A DNA stretch of 64,000 nt from Thainema sp. (GTDB lineage: Bacteria; Cyanobacteriota; Cyanobacteriia; Phormidesmidales; Phormidesmidaceae). The position numbers and the translations under genes were made by a program. Below, in pieces: positions 19,021-31,400 of this stretch (position 1 is its first letter; each line of letters opens with the position of its first letter). The stretch spans positions 32,001 to 96,000 of the forward strand of contig JBQLZK010000008.1 in the NCBI GenBank assembly GCA_052168235.1, in the 5' to 3' direction. The notes beneath the pieces were generated by a model that was not told the DNA's origin, did no database searches, and saw nothing but the letters and a program-made list of their open reading frames with translations.

Positions 19021-20517
19021 TTAGAAATCAAAATAGATGTAGGGAATGGCTTCGCTGGGAGACAGAATCCAGGCGATGAAGAAACAGAGCGGTACGAGTA
19101 GCAGCTTGACGGGCCAGTTGAGCTGTAGCTTGAGGGTGCGCTGGAAGCCGTAAAGCAGCGCCATCAAAGCCATGATTAAACTCAACAAAATCGCCAACTG
19201 GGGCCGACTAAAGCCGAGGGTTTCTACATAAACCTTTTGAGCAAACTGTACGTCTGCCTCATAGCCCCAGAGCCGCTGCAAAGCCAAGCTGAAATCACTC
19301 CAGGCAGGTAGTCGGAAAAAGAGCCAGCTGCCAAAGACCATAAACTGGGTAATCAGCCATGCGATCGCAACTCCTGGTACGCTGCTCCAAAATGCAGTTA
19401 AGGCAGGTCGCTGTTCAGATGCTTTCGCCACTAGGCGATGCACCGCTAGCGCCACCCCGTGCAGGCCACCCCAGATGATGAATCCCCAGGCTGCTCCGTG
19501 CCACAGACCGCCCAGCAGCATGACAATAATGAAGTTCAAGCAGGTGCGCTTCAGTCCTTGACGAGAACCACCCAGGGGAAAGTAGAGATAGTTGCGCAGC
19601 CAGTCGCCCAGGGTAATATGCCAGCGTCGCCAAAAGTCGGCAATGCTGGTAGACATGTAGGGAAAGTTGAAGTTAATCGGCAGCTTCAGCCCCAGCAGCA
19701 TGGCGCTACCGCGAGCGATGTCTACATAGCCGCTAAAGTCGAAATAGAGCTGTAGCCCATAGGCAAACGTGGTGAGCCAAATGTCGGCGCTGCCAGCCCT
19801 GGCCAAGTTATCAAAACTGAGATTGACGTAAAGCGCAATGCGATCGGCAATCAGCAGCTTTTTGACGGAACCCATCGCGATCAGCCAGAGTCCTTCGGTG
19901 GTGGACTCTAGATTGGGGAACTTGAGCGTTTCAAATTGAGCTGAAATGTCGTGGTAGCGGGTAATCGGGCCAGAGGTGATTTTGGGAAAGAACAGCTTGT
20001 AGGCGGCGAACTCAATAAAGCTGTTGCTCGGTGGCGCACCGCGATACACGTCTACCAGATAGGCAATGCTCTCAAAGCAAAAGTAGCTGATGCCTAAAGG
20101 AATGAGTAGACTGTCGCTGACCCACTGCGCCTGAGTTTGCAGCAGCGAAATGCCCAGCAGTCCACCAATCGTATTCAGGAAGAACGGAATGTACTTAAAG
20201 CCAAACAGCAGCAGCAGATTGAGGCCGATGCCGAACCACAGCAGCGATAGCTGCTTGCGCGACCAGTCCTGCTGTGCCGATTCCCACTCCTCATTCGCAA
20301 TCCGCCAGTCTAGCGGCACGGTGAGCGCATTTCCTAACCAGAAGTTGGCTAGCGTCAGCGCCACGATAAAGGGTAAATACAGAACTTGCAGCGAGGCAAA
20401 GAAAATAACGCTCGCTACTAGCAGAATCCACAGCCGCGCCTTCCGCTGCGGGAATGCCCAGTAGATGCCAATCAGGCTGAGCAGGAAGAGGCCGTAGATG
20501 AAGGAGGGGAAGTTCAT
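19021..20517 (-). CDS. MBOAT family O-acyltransferase (AlgI/DltB-like)
   Basis: Motifs PLGISYF, GPITR, QLYFDFSGY, FWRRWHITL, YLYFPLGG and GLWHGA. Confidence 0.93.
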   Translation of the reverse strand: MNFPSFIYGLFLLSLIGIYWAFPQRKARLWILLVASVIFFASLQVLYLPFIVALTLANFWLGNALTVPLDWRIANEEWESAQQDWSRKQLSLLWFGIGLNLLLLFGFKYIPFFLNTIGGLLGISLLQTQAQWVSDSLLIPLGISYFCFESIAYLVDVYRGAPPSNSFIEFAAYKLFFPKITSGPITRYHDISAQFETLKFPNLESTTEGLWLIAMGSVKKLLIADRIALYVNLSFDNLARAGSADIWLTTFAYGLQLYFDFSGYVDIARGSAMLLGLKLPINFNFPYMSTSIADFWRRWHITLGDWLRNYLYFPLGGSRQGLKRTCLNFIIVMLLGGLWHGAAWGFIIWGGLHGVALAVHRLVAKASEQRPALTAFWSSVPGVAIAWLITQFMVFGSWLFFRLPAWSDFSLALQRLWGYEADVQFAQKVYVETLGFSRPQLAILLSLIMALMALLYGFQRTLKLQLNWPVKLLLVPLCFFIAWILSPSEAIPYIYFDF

Positions 20518-20518
20518 G

Positions 20519-20579
20519 GGCGGCGGGATGGGTGGGAGGGTGAATGAGTGGATGGGTAGGCGGGTGGATGGGTGGGAGC
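20519..20579. repeat. Degenerate 8-mer tandem repeat (GGGTGGAT-like)
   Basis: About seven imperfect G-rich octamer units between the two genes. Confidence 0.6.
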
Positions 20580-20647
20580 GTAGGGGCGGGTTTAGGTGAG
20601 TGGTGAGTGGGTCAATGGACTAAATGAATGGCAAAACCCGCCCTTAC
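20580..20647. repeat. GTAG-type REP-like inverted repeat with spacer
   Basis: GTAGGGGCGGGTTT ... AAACCCGCCCTTAC. Confidence 0.7.
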
Positions 20648-20667
20648 AGGTATTGGGACAACCCGAA

Positions 20668-23600
20668 TTAATCAGAAGCGTCTGGGTCGGATTGGGTGGC
20701 GGCGCTCCAGGGGATCATGGGGTCTTGGGCGATGCGCTGGGAGACTTGGTAGGCTCCGTAGCGGTTCAGGTGGCTGGGGTCGGAGAAGTAGACGTATTGC
20801 TGGGGCCACATTTCGCTCAGGTCGCGGAAGATGAAGTCGTCGTGGGAGGCCGATTGTTGCAGCATCCAACGAACGAATTCCTGCTCATGTTCAGACCGCG
20901 CGGCATCCATATATTCATCGGTGGTTGGCGTATTGATGAATACGACTGGAATGCCTTGAGCAGCGGTGAAGTCCAATAGGGCATTGAGGGCTTCAGCCTG
21001 CTTGCCGTCTAAGCTGAAGTCTTTATAGTCGCCATCGTAAAGACCGGAAACGCGTGCGTACTGCTGGTAGTAAGTGGCGGGATTGAACTGGGTGGAGATG
21101 GGCAAGAAGCCGTCCACGTCAATCATTGACTCTCCTTCATCAGCCAGCAGGACATCCGGGTCTTGCTGGCCGACTGGGGCATTCACAGCCAGCGGTTCCG
21201 GTGTGGCGAAGGGTAGCCAAGCGGAGAAACGATCTTGCAGGAAGCCTTTAATACGATCGCGTTCGGAATGCAGGGCCGACCAGTTTGAAACCGTCTCCTC
21301 CAACTTTTCATCCACGGTTTGATAGCTGCTGAACAGCGACGTATTGTTCGCTTCCGCCGCTAGTTCTGCCGCTGCCTGCTGAGCCGCTGCCGCCGCCTCG
21401 GCGTCTAGAGCTGCCGCTTCAGCAGCAAGCTGTTCGGCTCGTGCCGCCATCAGATCCTGATAGCCCTCGGAGGCGACAATGCCGTTGTAGGTGACATCAA
21501 GCCGTCCGCTGTTAAAGGCGCGGGCACCATCGGCCCAGATAATCAGCTTGGGGAGCTGATCTTGGCTGAGGAAGCGGCGCAGGATTAAATCGGCCACCTG
21601 AGCCGTTGCGCCGTTGATGCCAAAGTTGAAAATGCTGACATCCTCGTAGCCCTGAGCGGCTAAGTCCTCCTTCAGTTTGGCCGGATCAACGCCCCGCAGC
21701 GATCGCGAACTACCAAAGACCAGCACGTCCGGCACCCCAAACTGATCCACCTGTCGCTGGTAGAGCGCCATCTTGATATCCATTTGACGACTGTTAAACG
21801 TGCCGTAGGAGTAATCCAGGGTCGACAGACGATCTTGAAATGGTGACGCTTCGAGATCAACCTGTAGCGGATTCAGTTGCGGAGTTATCTCATCCTGATT
21901 GGGATCAATTACGGTCGGATCGCTGTCGTCGGTGAACCCTTCCTGCGCAAAACCGTCGTCACCTTCGTCTTCCTCACCGTCTTCACCGGGCAGGCTAAAC
22001 GAAATATTGGCTTCTTCCCAAAACGGTGACTCCGTATCCAGCGGTGGGTCAGATGAAGCCAGCGCAGACTCATCGATTCGCATGGTGGATTCGTCAGCCA
22101 CCTCCTGCTGGGCAGACTGCGCCGTCTTCAGAACTTGACCACCAATCCAATCGGCCTGAAACACGACGAGCATCCCTACCGCACCCCATACAGCCGCGAC
22201 GGGTAGCAGAGAGCGTCGTTGGTTGGGAGTTTCGGTTGACGCGGACGGTGTATCCTGCGTCGTCTTCAAATCTTGAACAGACGATTGCGGGACGAAGAGT
22301 TGCGATCGCAACAGCAGTCCCTGCAAATGTTCACGGTTCTGCTGCCACAGTTCCGCTAGCCGATTTCGGACGGTTTCAGAGGTAATCTCTTCCCGGATCA
22401 CCACATCTTCTTCGGAGCGGGAAATCAGATCGCCGACGTAGGCTTCCGATGCAGCAAACTCCGGCGTGGCTTCCGGTACAATCTGGCGCGGACGGGGCTG
22501 GAGGTCAATGCCAAAGCTCCACAGCGGGCGCTTTTGTCCGGCGCGCCGCCCGTAGACCCGCACGCCTTTGATACCCGGCACTTTCAGCCGCCGCATTTCT
22601 TTGGCCAGGATTTTGCCGACCTGACGACGGCTGGGGCACATCGGCGCATCGGCCATGATGTGCAGCACATCACCCCGCTGGGCAAGCTGGATGCGAATGC
22701 CACCCGTTGCCAGCTGATGCGGCAAGTCTGGATTCAGCGATCGCATCAGCCAGTAAGCCAACGCCGGACGATCGCCTTGGCTGGCTAGTTCTTGTGTCCG
22801 AGTCGCCAGCGCCTCATGCTCAGTGGCAGGTAAATTCAGCCAGTGCATCCACACGGGGGAGGTCTGCGGGGCACCCTGACCGTATAGCACAGCGGCGTGA
22901 ATGCCCTGAGGCGCGAGAGATTGTAGCAGCGGTTCCAATACTGCCTGTACCGTCGCCTGATCCGGCAGTGAGGGCGAATTTGGGGTTGAGTCTGAATTAG
23001 AATCAGTACCGGAACCGGAGTCTGGAGCATTACGCTTCTGGGAGCGTTGGCGACAGAAGAGGTAGAGCGTTGGAGATTTGAGTTCCGGCGTGACGTGAAT
23101 ATCGGGCGGTAGGGCATCATTGGCCAGAGCTGCGATCGCATCTAGATCACCCCAGCGGGCCCATTCTTTCAGCAACTCAGTCTTGGGCGTCAGATCAACC
23201 CGCAGGAACCATTCTGCCCGAGGTTCGCCCTGCACCTGAATCAGAATCACTGCGTCCCGAAAGCCCTCCAGCTCCAGATCGCGCAGCCGTTGAGCCGTGG
23301 GTTCCGCCACCACGCGCGGATCGGGACTGTAGGGAGCCTCGCAGAGAATCCACATCCGCTTAGAGGTAAGCGCCACACCGTCCTCTCGCAGCGGTAGCGT
23401 TTTGACTTTGACCTGAACGCTAATGCCCAGAATGTTCAAAATCTCGCTCAGATAGCAGGCAATCCCCGACGGAGTGCCCTGCTTGGCTAGACTGCGGGTT
23501 GGTAGGACGAGAGCTGAGCTGGTTTGGGCAACTGAATGCGTGAACTGCGGCTGATCTGAGTTGGGTGGAGTCGTGACCGATGACTCTCCTGACTCTGAAG

Positions 23601-24093
23601 AGTTGAGCCGCCCATTGACCGATACTGTAGCGGTTGCAGGTGTACTTAATTTAGAGGCTGAGTAGGATTCCGGCTGCTGTGTTTCGGGCTGAGCAATTTC
23701 CGTCAGATGAGGCGCATGTGCCGTCATGCCCTCTGCCATTTGCTGCACATCTGCCGCTTGCAGTTCAGCCAAATGCTGCGGCAACTGATTTAAGTAAATC
23801 GGCATTGTCCAGGCCGGACGGGTTTCATCCTGCTTGCGCCCGTAGAGCATGACCTGGTAGAGCGACGGCTGATTACCAGGGATGAGCGTATTGATATTGA
23901 GGATTTGGAGCGCCTTGACCAGCGCTTTTGCGATCGCAGACTGGCGCGGCACAGATGGGGCTTCGAGTAACACATGCAACACATTGCCCCGCAAGCGCAC
24001 ACGGACGTGCAGATTGGGCTGATAACAAACCTGCCCGATCCACTGGCTCAGCGGAAATAGGGGATGGCGCTCATGAATCACGTTTGACATCAT
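20668..24093 (-). CDS. Large membrane protein with a C-terminal SGNH/DUF1574-like domain
   Basis: Single TM near residue 640; FGSSRS, NFGINGAT and DPSHLN motifs; repeated N-terminal domains. Confidence 0.75.
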   Translation of the reverse strand: MMSNVIHERHPLFPLSQWIGQVCYQPNLHVRVRLRGNVLHVLLEAPSVPRQSAIAKALVKALQILNINTLIPGNQPSLYQVMLYGRKQDETRPAWTMPIYLNQLPQHLAELQAADVQQMAEGMTAHAPHLTEIAQPETQQPESYSASKLSTPATATVSVNGRLNSSESGESSVTTPPNSDQPQFTHSVAQTSSALVLPTRSLAKQGTPSGIACYLSEILNILGISVQVKVKTLPLREDGVALTSKRMWILCEAPYSPDPRVVAEPTAQRLRDLELEGFRDAVILIQVQGEPRAEWFLRVDLTPKTELLKEWARWGDLDAIAALANDALPPDIHVTPELKSPTLYLFCRQRSQKRNAPDSGSGTDSNSDSTPNSPSLPDQATVQAVLEPLLQSLAPQGIHAAVLYGQGAPQTSPVWMHWLNLPATEHEALATRTQELASQGDRPALAYWLMRSLNPDLPHQLATGGIRIQLAQRGDVLHIMADAPMCPSRRQVGKILAKEMRRLKVPGIKGVRVYGRRAGQKRPLWSFGIDLQPRPRQIVPEATPEFAASEAYVGDLISRSEEDVVIREEITSETVRNRLAELWQQNREHLQGLLLRSQLFVPQSSVQDLKTTQDTPSASTETPNQRRSLLPVAAVWGAVGMLVVFQADWIGGQVLKTAQSAQQEVADESTMRIDESALASSDPPLDTESPFWEEANISFSLPGEDGEEDEGDDGFAQEGFTDDSDPTVIDPNQDEITPQLNPLQVDLEASPFQDRLSTLDYSYGTFNSRQMDIKMALYQRQVDQFGVPDVLVFGSSRSLRGVDPAKLKEDLAAQGYEDVSIFNFGINGATAQVADLILRRFLSQDQLPKLIIWADGARAFNSGRLDVTYNGIVASEGYQDLMAARAEQLAAEAAALDAEAAAAAQQAAAELAAEANNTSLFSSYQTVDEKLEETVSNWSALHSERDRIKGFLQDRFSAWLPFATPEPLAVNAPVGQQDPDVLLADEGESMIDVDGFLPISTQFNPATYYQQYARVSGLYDGDYKDFSLDGKQAEALNALLDFTAAQGIPVVFINTPTTDEYMDAARSEHEQEFVRWMLQQSASHDDFIFRDLSEMWPQQYVYFSDPSHLNRYGAYQVSQRIAQDPMIPWSAATQSDPDASD

Positions 24094-24514
24094 CTCAACT
24101 CAGTTTGCCAGAGGCGCTTTACAGAATACGTCACAAACACGTCACAAATTAAACGGTGGAAAAGGCAGTCAGCATCTCATCAACTAAGTCTGTATGAGAA
24201 CCTGTTACTTCTAGTGTGAAAATCATGGTGAAAAGCTTGTGCTGCAAGCCTTTCGCAGGAATGATAGCGACAGGTTTTCAATCCGACTTGATATTAGCGA
24301 ATAAACCGGAGAAAGTGCCTACAGACTAGCGCCAGATTGTTCAACGCTAGCGAATTTGCAAAAAACTTTACGCAGGGCAATGGACACGGGCTGAACAAGA
24401 CGATTCATCGGTTTGGGCTACCAGTTTGTGATGATGGCGACCCAAAAGTTAGCTGATTATGGCAACCTAAAAGCAAATGCCTAGTTAATGCGCTAGTCAA
24501 AACAAGCCAACATC

Positions 24515-24769
24515 ATGTTTAACTGTCCTATGCAATCCTCCTCTAGCCGCGATCGCACTCCTCAGTCCTTCGACTTACCGGGAAATCCAACCCTATGGCT
24601 GAGTCTAGCAACAATTCCTCTACTCCTGTTTTTGCTCAGCACCAAAGCGCTGTTCGACCTGATGCAGCAGTTCGGTTTAGCCAGTGAAGAGCTGTTCCGG
24701 GGCGACCGTCTGCCGGTGATCAACCTATTTGATCCCTTTGGCTCCGAAACCAACAATTCAGATCAGTAA
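24515..24769 (+). CDS. Small conserved cyanobacterial membrane protein
   Basis: Hydrophobic stretch followed by GLASEELFRGDRLP. Confidence 0.6.
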   Translation: MFNCPMQSSSSRDRTPQSFDLPGNPTLWLSLATIPLLLFLLSTKALFDLMQQFGLASEELFRGDRLPVINLFDPFGSETNNSDQ

Positions 24770-25047
24770 TAGTCTTCAACGGTCTTCAGCGATTGCGATC
24801 GCACATTGCGGCCTCTAATCGTGGCTAACTCAGACGGTATCGCTTTGGTTTACAGATGCGACAGATACGGCGGATAGAAGTGGGCACTGCTTACCTATCA
24901 TTAGATGAAATAAATTGCGATCGCTGATGCCGTCACGAAACGCTGACAAATTAATCGTAAACTCTGAGGATAAGGCGAAGAACTATACCTTCTCTACCAA
25001 AACCTCCTAAAATTGCTGAGTATCCTAGCTAGGCTAGCGCAAGCTTT

Positions 25048-28000
25048 ATGAGTTCAACCGTTCATTCCTCTGGTGATGCATTTAGCTCCAACGCAACAGG
25101 TGTCCAAGTGTTGACAGAACCCGTGTCTCCATCCAAAACATCCGAATCAGATCTTCTACTCCGCCGCCGTATCCGAATGATGGAGGGGATTTGGGAGTCT
25201 GTCCTACAGCAAGAATGCGGCCAGGAACTCCTCGATTTGCTGCGACAGCTTCGCTCCATGTCGTCCCCAGAAGGGCAGGCTCCGCTGACGCCAAACATTG
25301 AGCCGCTAGAGATCATTGAAGAGCTAGAGCTGGATGATGCCATCCGAGCAGCGCGTGCGTTTGCGCTCTACTTTCAGCTCATTAACATTGTGGAGCAACA
25401 CTATGAGCAGCGAGGGCAGCAGGCTCAATATCGCGCTGGACAAGATGCCAATGTAACAGACGCCAATAATAGATCAACGTCTGCCCAGGTCGTTGCTGAG
25501 TCAGAATCCAGCAGTGTTGCAGCGCCAATGGAAACCGACGACAGCGCTCGGGGATTGCAAGCTGAGATTTTAGAGAAAAGCTGGCAAGATAGCGATCGCA
25601 CATCGCAGCGTAAGATGGGCAACTTTCATTCCCTCTTTCCGCAGCTGCATCGACTCAACGTGCCACCGCAGCACATCCAAAGGCTGATTGATCAGCTTGA
25701 TATTCGGCTAGTCTTCACCGCACACCCGACCGAAATTGTCCGGCACACCATTCGCGACAAACAGCGCCGCATTGCCGGGATTCTGCGTAAACTCGACCGG
25801 GTTGAAGACGGCAACACCATATCGGCTTGGGAAGCGGATCGGCTGCGGCAGCAGCTCACGGAAGAAGTGCGGCTCTGGTGGCGCACTGACGAGCTGCATC
25901 AGTTCAAGCCCTCTGTTTTGGATGAAGTAGACTTCACGCTGCACTACTTTGACGAGGTGCTGTTTGAGGCAATTCCGCTGCTGTACGAGCGGTTCGCCCA
26001 CGCCCTGAAAAATGTTTATCCCCACATGCGTCCGCCCCAGCATGATTTCTGTAAATTTGGCTCTTGGGTGGGAGCCGACCGGGATGGCAACCCCTCGGTC
26101 ACGCCTGCCATCACCTGGAAAACTGCCTGCTACCAGCGTAACTTGGTCCTCGTCAAGTACATTCACTCTGTGCGCAAGCTGACTCAACTGCTGAGTCTCT
26201 CGCTGCACTGGAGTGACGTGCTGCCCAATCTGCTGGAATCCCTAGAGCAGGATCAGATGCAGATGCCGGATGTCTACGATTCGCTGGCGATTCGCTATCG
26301 TCAAGAACCCTATCGGCTGAAGCTAGCCTACATTTGCCGCCGCTTAGAAAATACCCGCAATCGCAGTCTCCAGCTGTACAATGGCGACCATCTCCAGACG
26401 GAACCAGAGGTCAATCCAGCCACGATGTATCGCTCAGGGGAAGAATTTCTGGCCGAACTGCGGCTGATTCAGCACAATCTTAAGGAGACAGGTTTGTCCT
26501 GTACCGAACTAGATACGCTGATTTGCCAGGTCGAAATCTATGGGTTTAGCTTGGCGCGACTCGATATTCGCCAGGAAAGCTCACGCCATTCCGACACGAT
26601 CAACGAAATCACCGAATACCTCCAGCTTCTGGATAAGCCCTACAGCGAACTGTCGGAGCCAGAGCGTACAGAGTGGTTGGTCAAAGAGCTTCAAACGCGC
26701 CGTCCGCTGATTCCCAATGAGCTGCCCTTCTCGGACAAGGCCAACGAAACGATTGAAACCCTGCGCATGGTGAGACGGCTGCACCAAGAGTTTGGTGAGA
26801 GCATCTGCCGCAGCTATGTGATCAGCATGAGCCACCACGTCAGCGACCTGCTGGAGGTGCTGCTGCTGGCCAAAGAAGCAGGGCTTTACGATCCGGCGTC
26901 GGGCATTAGCAGCCTGCGAGTCGTGCCGCTATTTGAGACGGTGGAAGACCTGAAGCGGGCACCAACCGTTATGTATGAGCTATTTGAGCTACCGCTGTAT
27001 CGGAATATGCTCTACGGTGGTGATCCAGATGCAAAGCTGGCATCCAGCCAAAACCTGACACCGCCTGACTCAGTGCCGCTGCAAGAGGTAATGCTGGGCT
27101 ATTCCGACAGCAATAAGGATTCTGGCTTTCTCAGCAGCAATTGGGAAATTCACAAGGCGCAGCAGGCTCTGCAAGCAACGGCGGAACCCTATGGGGTAGC
27201 GCTCCAGATCTTCCACGGTCGCGGCGGCTCAGTCGGTCGTGGTGGTGGCCCCGCTTATGAGGCAATCCTGGCTCAGCCCGGTAAGAGCATCAGCGGTCGG
27301 ATTAAAATCACCGAACAGGGCGAGGTGCTGGCCTCGAAGTACAATCTGCAAGAGCTGGCGCTATACAACTTGGAAACGGTGGCAACAGCCGTGATCGAGG
27401 CCAGTCTACTCAGTACCAGCTTTGATGAGATTACGCCCTGGAACGAAATCATGGAGGAGCTGGCCTCTAAATCGCGATCGCACTATCGCGCCCTGATTTA
27501 TGAACAGCCGGATCTGGTTGAGTTCTTCCATCAGGTGACGCCGATTGAAGAAATCAGTCAGCTGCAAATTAGCTCCCGCCCAGCACGGCGGGGTGGCAAG
27601 AAGGATTTATCCAGCCTACGGGCCATTCCCTGGGTGTTTAGCTGGACGCAAACTCGCTTCCTGCTGCCTTCTTGGTACGGCGTAGGCACGGCACTGCAAG
27701 ATTTCCTAGAGAAAGAGCCGGAAGAGCATCTGAAGCTGCTGCGCTATTTCTACTACAAGTGGCCGTTCTTCCGGATGGCAGTTTCCAAGGTGGAAATGAC
27801 GCTATCGAAGGTGGATCTGCAAATTGCTCGCTACTACGTCGATGAGCTGACGCAGCCGGAAAATAAAGAGCGGTTTGATGACATGTTTGAGCAGATTGCT
27901 CAAGAATACCGACTCACCTCTGACCTCGTCCTGAAAATTACGGGGCACGAGCGTCTACTGGATGGCGACCCGGAACTTCAGCGCTCGGTGCAGTTACGTA

Positions 28001-28176
28001 ACGGCACCATTGTGCCTCTCGGCTTCCTGCAGGTGTCGCTGCTGAAGCGCCTGCGCCAGCACAAGTCCCAGGCCGGAGCGGGCATTATTCGTTCTCGCTA
28101 CAGTCGCGGTGAACTGCTGCGCGGGGCACTGCTGACGATTAATGGCATTGCTGCCGGAATGCGAAATACGGGCTAA
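25048..28176 (+). CDS. ppc: Phosphoenolpyruvate carboxylase
   Basis: Motifs [53 protein letters not shown] and C-terminal GMRNTG. Confidence 0.98.
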   Translation: MSSTVHSSGDAFSSNATGVQVLTEPVSPSKTSESDLLLRRRIRMMEGIWESVLQQECGQELLDLLRQLRSMSSPEGQAPLTPNIEPLEIIEELELDDAIRAARAFALYFQLINIVEQHYEQRGQQAQYRAGQDANVTDANNRSTSAQVVAESESSSVAAPMETDDSARGLQAEILEKSWQDSDRTSQRKMGNFHSLFPQLHRLNVPPQHIQRLIDQLDIRLVFTAHPTEIVRHTIRDKQRRIAGILRKLDRVEDGNTISAWEADRLRQQLTEEVRLWWRTDELHQFKPSVLDEVDFTLHYFDEVLFEAIPLLYERFAHALKNVYPHMRPPQHDFCKFGSWVGADRDGNPSVTPAITWKTACYQRNLVLVKYIHSVRKLTQLLSLSLHWSDVLPNLLESLEQDQMQMPDVYDSLAIRYRQEPYRLKLAYICRRLENTRNRSLQLYNGDHLQTEPEVNPATMYRSGEEFLAELRLIQHNLKETGLSCTELDTLICQVEIYGFSLARLDIRQESSRHSDTINEITEYLQLLDKPYSELSEPERTEWLVKELQTRRPLIPNELPFSDKANETIETLRMVRRLHQEFGESICRSYVISMSHHVSDLLEVLLLAKEAGLYDPASGISSLRVVPLFETVEDLKRAPTVMYELFELPLYRNMLYGGDPDAKLASSQNLTPPDSVPLQEVMLGYSDSNKDSGFLSSNWEIHKAQQALQATAEPYGVALQIFHGRGGSVGRGGGPAYEAILAQPGKSISGRIKITEQGEVLASKYNLQELALYNLETVATAVIEASLLSTSFDEITPWNEIMEELASKSRSHYRALIYEQPDLVEFFHQVTPIEEISQLQISSRPARRGGKKDLSSLRAIPWVFSWTQTRFLLPSWYGVGTALQDFLEKEPEEHLKLLRYFYYKWPFFRMAVSKVEMTLSKVDLQIARYYVDELTQPENKERFDDMFEQIAQEYRLTSDLVLKITGHERLLDGDPELQRSVQLRNGTIVPLGFLQVSLLKRLRQHKSQAGAGIIRSRYSRGELLRGALLTINGIAAGMRNTG

Positions 28177-28325
28177 TTGCTTCAACCTGCGATCGCACTT
28201 TCCCAGTGTCTGAAAGTGCGATCGCTCAGCTCATCACGGATCATTTTCTTTTCTTTGTTCTTCTAATTCTCGAATCGTCTGCCACCAGTAGTAATTTTCA
28301 GATTTTCCTTTTGCACTTTGCAAAC

Positions 28326-28390
28326 CAAAACCTAGAAGGGGATATTGTGCCGCCGCAGTGCGGCGGCACAATATCCCCTTCTAGGTTTTG
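28326..28390. repeat. Perfect 31-bp-arm palindrome
   Basis: CAAAACCTAGAAGGGGATATTGTGCCGCCGC-AGT-complement, between convergent ppc and RND genes. Confidence 0.9.
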
Positions 28391-28409
28391 ATTACAGATA
28401 TGAAATGAC

Positions 28410-31400
28410 CTAAAAATGTTCTTCCGAGTAGGATGGGTCGCCGCTGGAACTCGATGAGCCATCTGGTGATTGACCATCAGCGTTATCATATCCATTCCCA
28501 GATGGGCCATCATAAGCATAGTCAGAATGGTGTCCTCGGTGAGGACTGAGCCGATTTGTAATTTGCTTAATCACAATGTAGAGAATCGGCACCACAAACA
28601 AGCTCAAGAAGGTTGAAATAAACATGCCGCCAAACACTGCCGTTCCCAGAGACTGACGGCTTGCTGCTCCAGCACCCGTTGCAATGACCAAAGGGAAAAT
28701 ACCGCTCAGTGTCGAAATTGCCGTCATCAAAATTGGGCGAAGCCGTTGCTGAGCCGCTTCTAAAGCGGCTTTCGTAATAGACAAACCCTGCTCACGCAGT
28801 TGGTTGGCAAACTCCACAATCAGAATCGAGTTTTTGCTGGCCAGTCCAATCAGCATCACCAGACCAATCTGGCAATACACATCATTTGAGAACCCGCGTA
28901 GGCTTTGAGCGATCAGCGCTCCCAAAACCGCCAGCGGCACGGCAAACATAATGATTGTCGGGTCAACGTAGCTCTCATACTGCGCCGCTAGAACTAGAAA
29001 TACCAGCACCAAGCCCAGACCGAAAATAATCGGTGCTTGACCGCCGGATTCAATTTCCTCTAGCGAAGTGCCCGACCATTCATAGCCTAAACTCGGTGGT
29101 AATACCTGCGCCGCCACCTGCTCCATTGCTTGAATTGCGGTTCCAGAACTGGCCCCCGGTGCTGCTTGGCCATTAATTTCAATCGAGCGGAAAAGATTGT
29201 AGTGGTTGATTGTCTGTGCGCCCGTGGTTGATGTCACCGTGACCAAGTTGGCCATCGGAATCATCTGTCCCTCGCTAGACCGCACATAGAGCTGATTGAT
29301 GTCGTCAGGATTGGAGCGGAATGGCTCGTCAGCCTGCACGTAAACACGATAGGTGCGTCGGCCCAGGTTGAAGTTGTTGACAAACTGAGATCCCAAATAG
29401 ATTTGCAGCGTTGAGAAAATGTCGTCTACATTTACGCCCAAGCTCTTGGCGCGATCGCGGTTTACCTCCACCAATAACTGAGGCGTATTGGCCGCATAGG
29501 TACTAAACACGTTTTGCAAATTGGGGTTCTGATTGGCAGCCCCCAGCAGCGCACCCATGTTTTGCACGAGGGTTTGGATATCTACGCCGCGCCGATCCTG
29601 GAGCTGGAACTGGAAGCCACCAAAGCTGCCTAAACCCTGGATGGAGGGTGGATTGACGGGCAGAACCCTAGCATCCGTCAGTCCCATCAGCGGGCCACGA
29701 ACGCGATTAATGATAGCCTGAGCTGATTGATCTGGATCTTTCCGTTCTGACCAGGGCGTCAGCGTGGTAAACACAATGCCACTGTTGGCCGTGCCGCCAC
29801 CAAAGCTGAAACCACCCACCGCAAAGGTGGCTCGCACTTCATCCAGCGGCAGCAAAATTTGCTCAATCTGCTCCATCACGTCGCGGGTATAGTTGAGCGA
29901 TACCCCCTCTGGCCCTTGCACAATCGTAATGAAATAGCCCTGGTCTTCATCCGGTAAAAAGGCCGACGGCACGCTGGTATATATCCAGAACGTACAGAGC
30001 AACAGCAGGGCAAAGACGCCTATCACCACCGATTTGATCCGCACCAGCAGTTCAAGTATCCGACCATAGCCGTTGCGAACGGCATCCAAAAAGTGGTTAA
30101 AGGCATCAAAAATCCGACCAACCCAGCCATGTCGGGGCGGATTGCGCCGCAGTAAGAGGCCGGATAGTGTCGGCGTTAGGGTAAGAGCGTTAAAGGTGGA
30201 AACTGCGATCGCAAATGCAATCGTCAGCGCAAACTGGCGATACAGCGCTCCCGTAGTGCCTGGGAAAAAGGCCACGGGAATAAACACCGCCATCAGGACG
30301 AGGGATGTAGCAATGACCGCTCCGGTTAGCTCCCGCATCGCCACAATTGCCGCCTTACGAGGGTGCATACCCTGCTCAATCTTGGCCGCCACGTTTTCCA
30401 CGACAACAATGGCATCGTCCACCACCATGCCGGTCGCCAACGTCAAGCCAAACAGAGTCAAGCTGTTAATCGAAAAACCAAAGATCCGCACAAAGAAGAA
30501 CGTGCCGATTAGGGAAATCGGGATGGTGACTGCCGGAATGACGGTCGTGCGCCAGTCCTGCAAAAAGATGAAGATGACCGCAACAACCAAACCAACAGCT
30601 GCCAGCAGTGTCCAAACCACCTCAGACAGCGACTGCTCAACGTAGTCCGTGGTGTCAAAACCAATGTCATACTGCATGCCAGGCGGAAAGTCTGCCGCCA
30701 ATTCTGCCATTCGCGCTCTAACGCCCCGCGCTACGTCGAGGGCATTACTGCCTGGAATCTGATTGATACCCAGTCCAACGGCCTCATTGCCGCGAAAGCG
30801 CAAAAAGCTGCTGTAATCTTCTGCCCCTAGCTCTACCCGGCCCACATCTTTTAGCTGAGTCAGCGCTCCACTCTCGCTGGTGGCAATAATGATATCTTCA
30901 AATTCCTCAACACTCTCTAGCCGACTTTCGGCCCGCACATCAATCTGAAACGGTTGATCAGACGGCTGTTGACCAATTCGGCCTGCACCAATTTGGATAT
31001 TTTGTTCCCGCAGCGCATTGGTAACATCCTGCGCGGTTAAATTCCGAGCCGCGAGTCGATTCGGGTCAAGCCACAGCCGCATGGCGTATCGGCGTTCACC
31101 AAAAATCTGCACGTTACCGACGCCGTTCACCCGCTTTAGCTCATCAACGATATATAAATCGGCATAATTGCTCAAAAAGGTGCTGTCATACTCACCATCA
31201 TCTGAAAACAGGCCAAAACCCATTAACAGGCTGCTGGACTGCTTACTGACGCTGATACCTGTCCGGGTAACCGCTTCAGGCAACTGGGCCTCGGCTACAG
31301 ATACCCGATTCTGTACGTCAACCGCAGCAATATCCTGGTCACGAGTGGCATCGAATGTGACGGTAATATTGCTGACGCCGCTGTTAGTACTGTTAGACGT

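Noticed and set aside
28206..28519. Two short opposite-strand ORFs both containing NQNLEGDIVPP
   Set aside because: Artefact of translating the perfect palindrome at 28326-28390.
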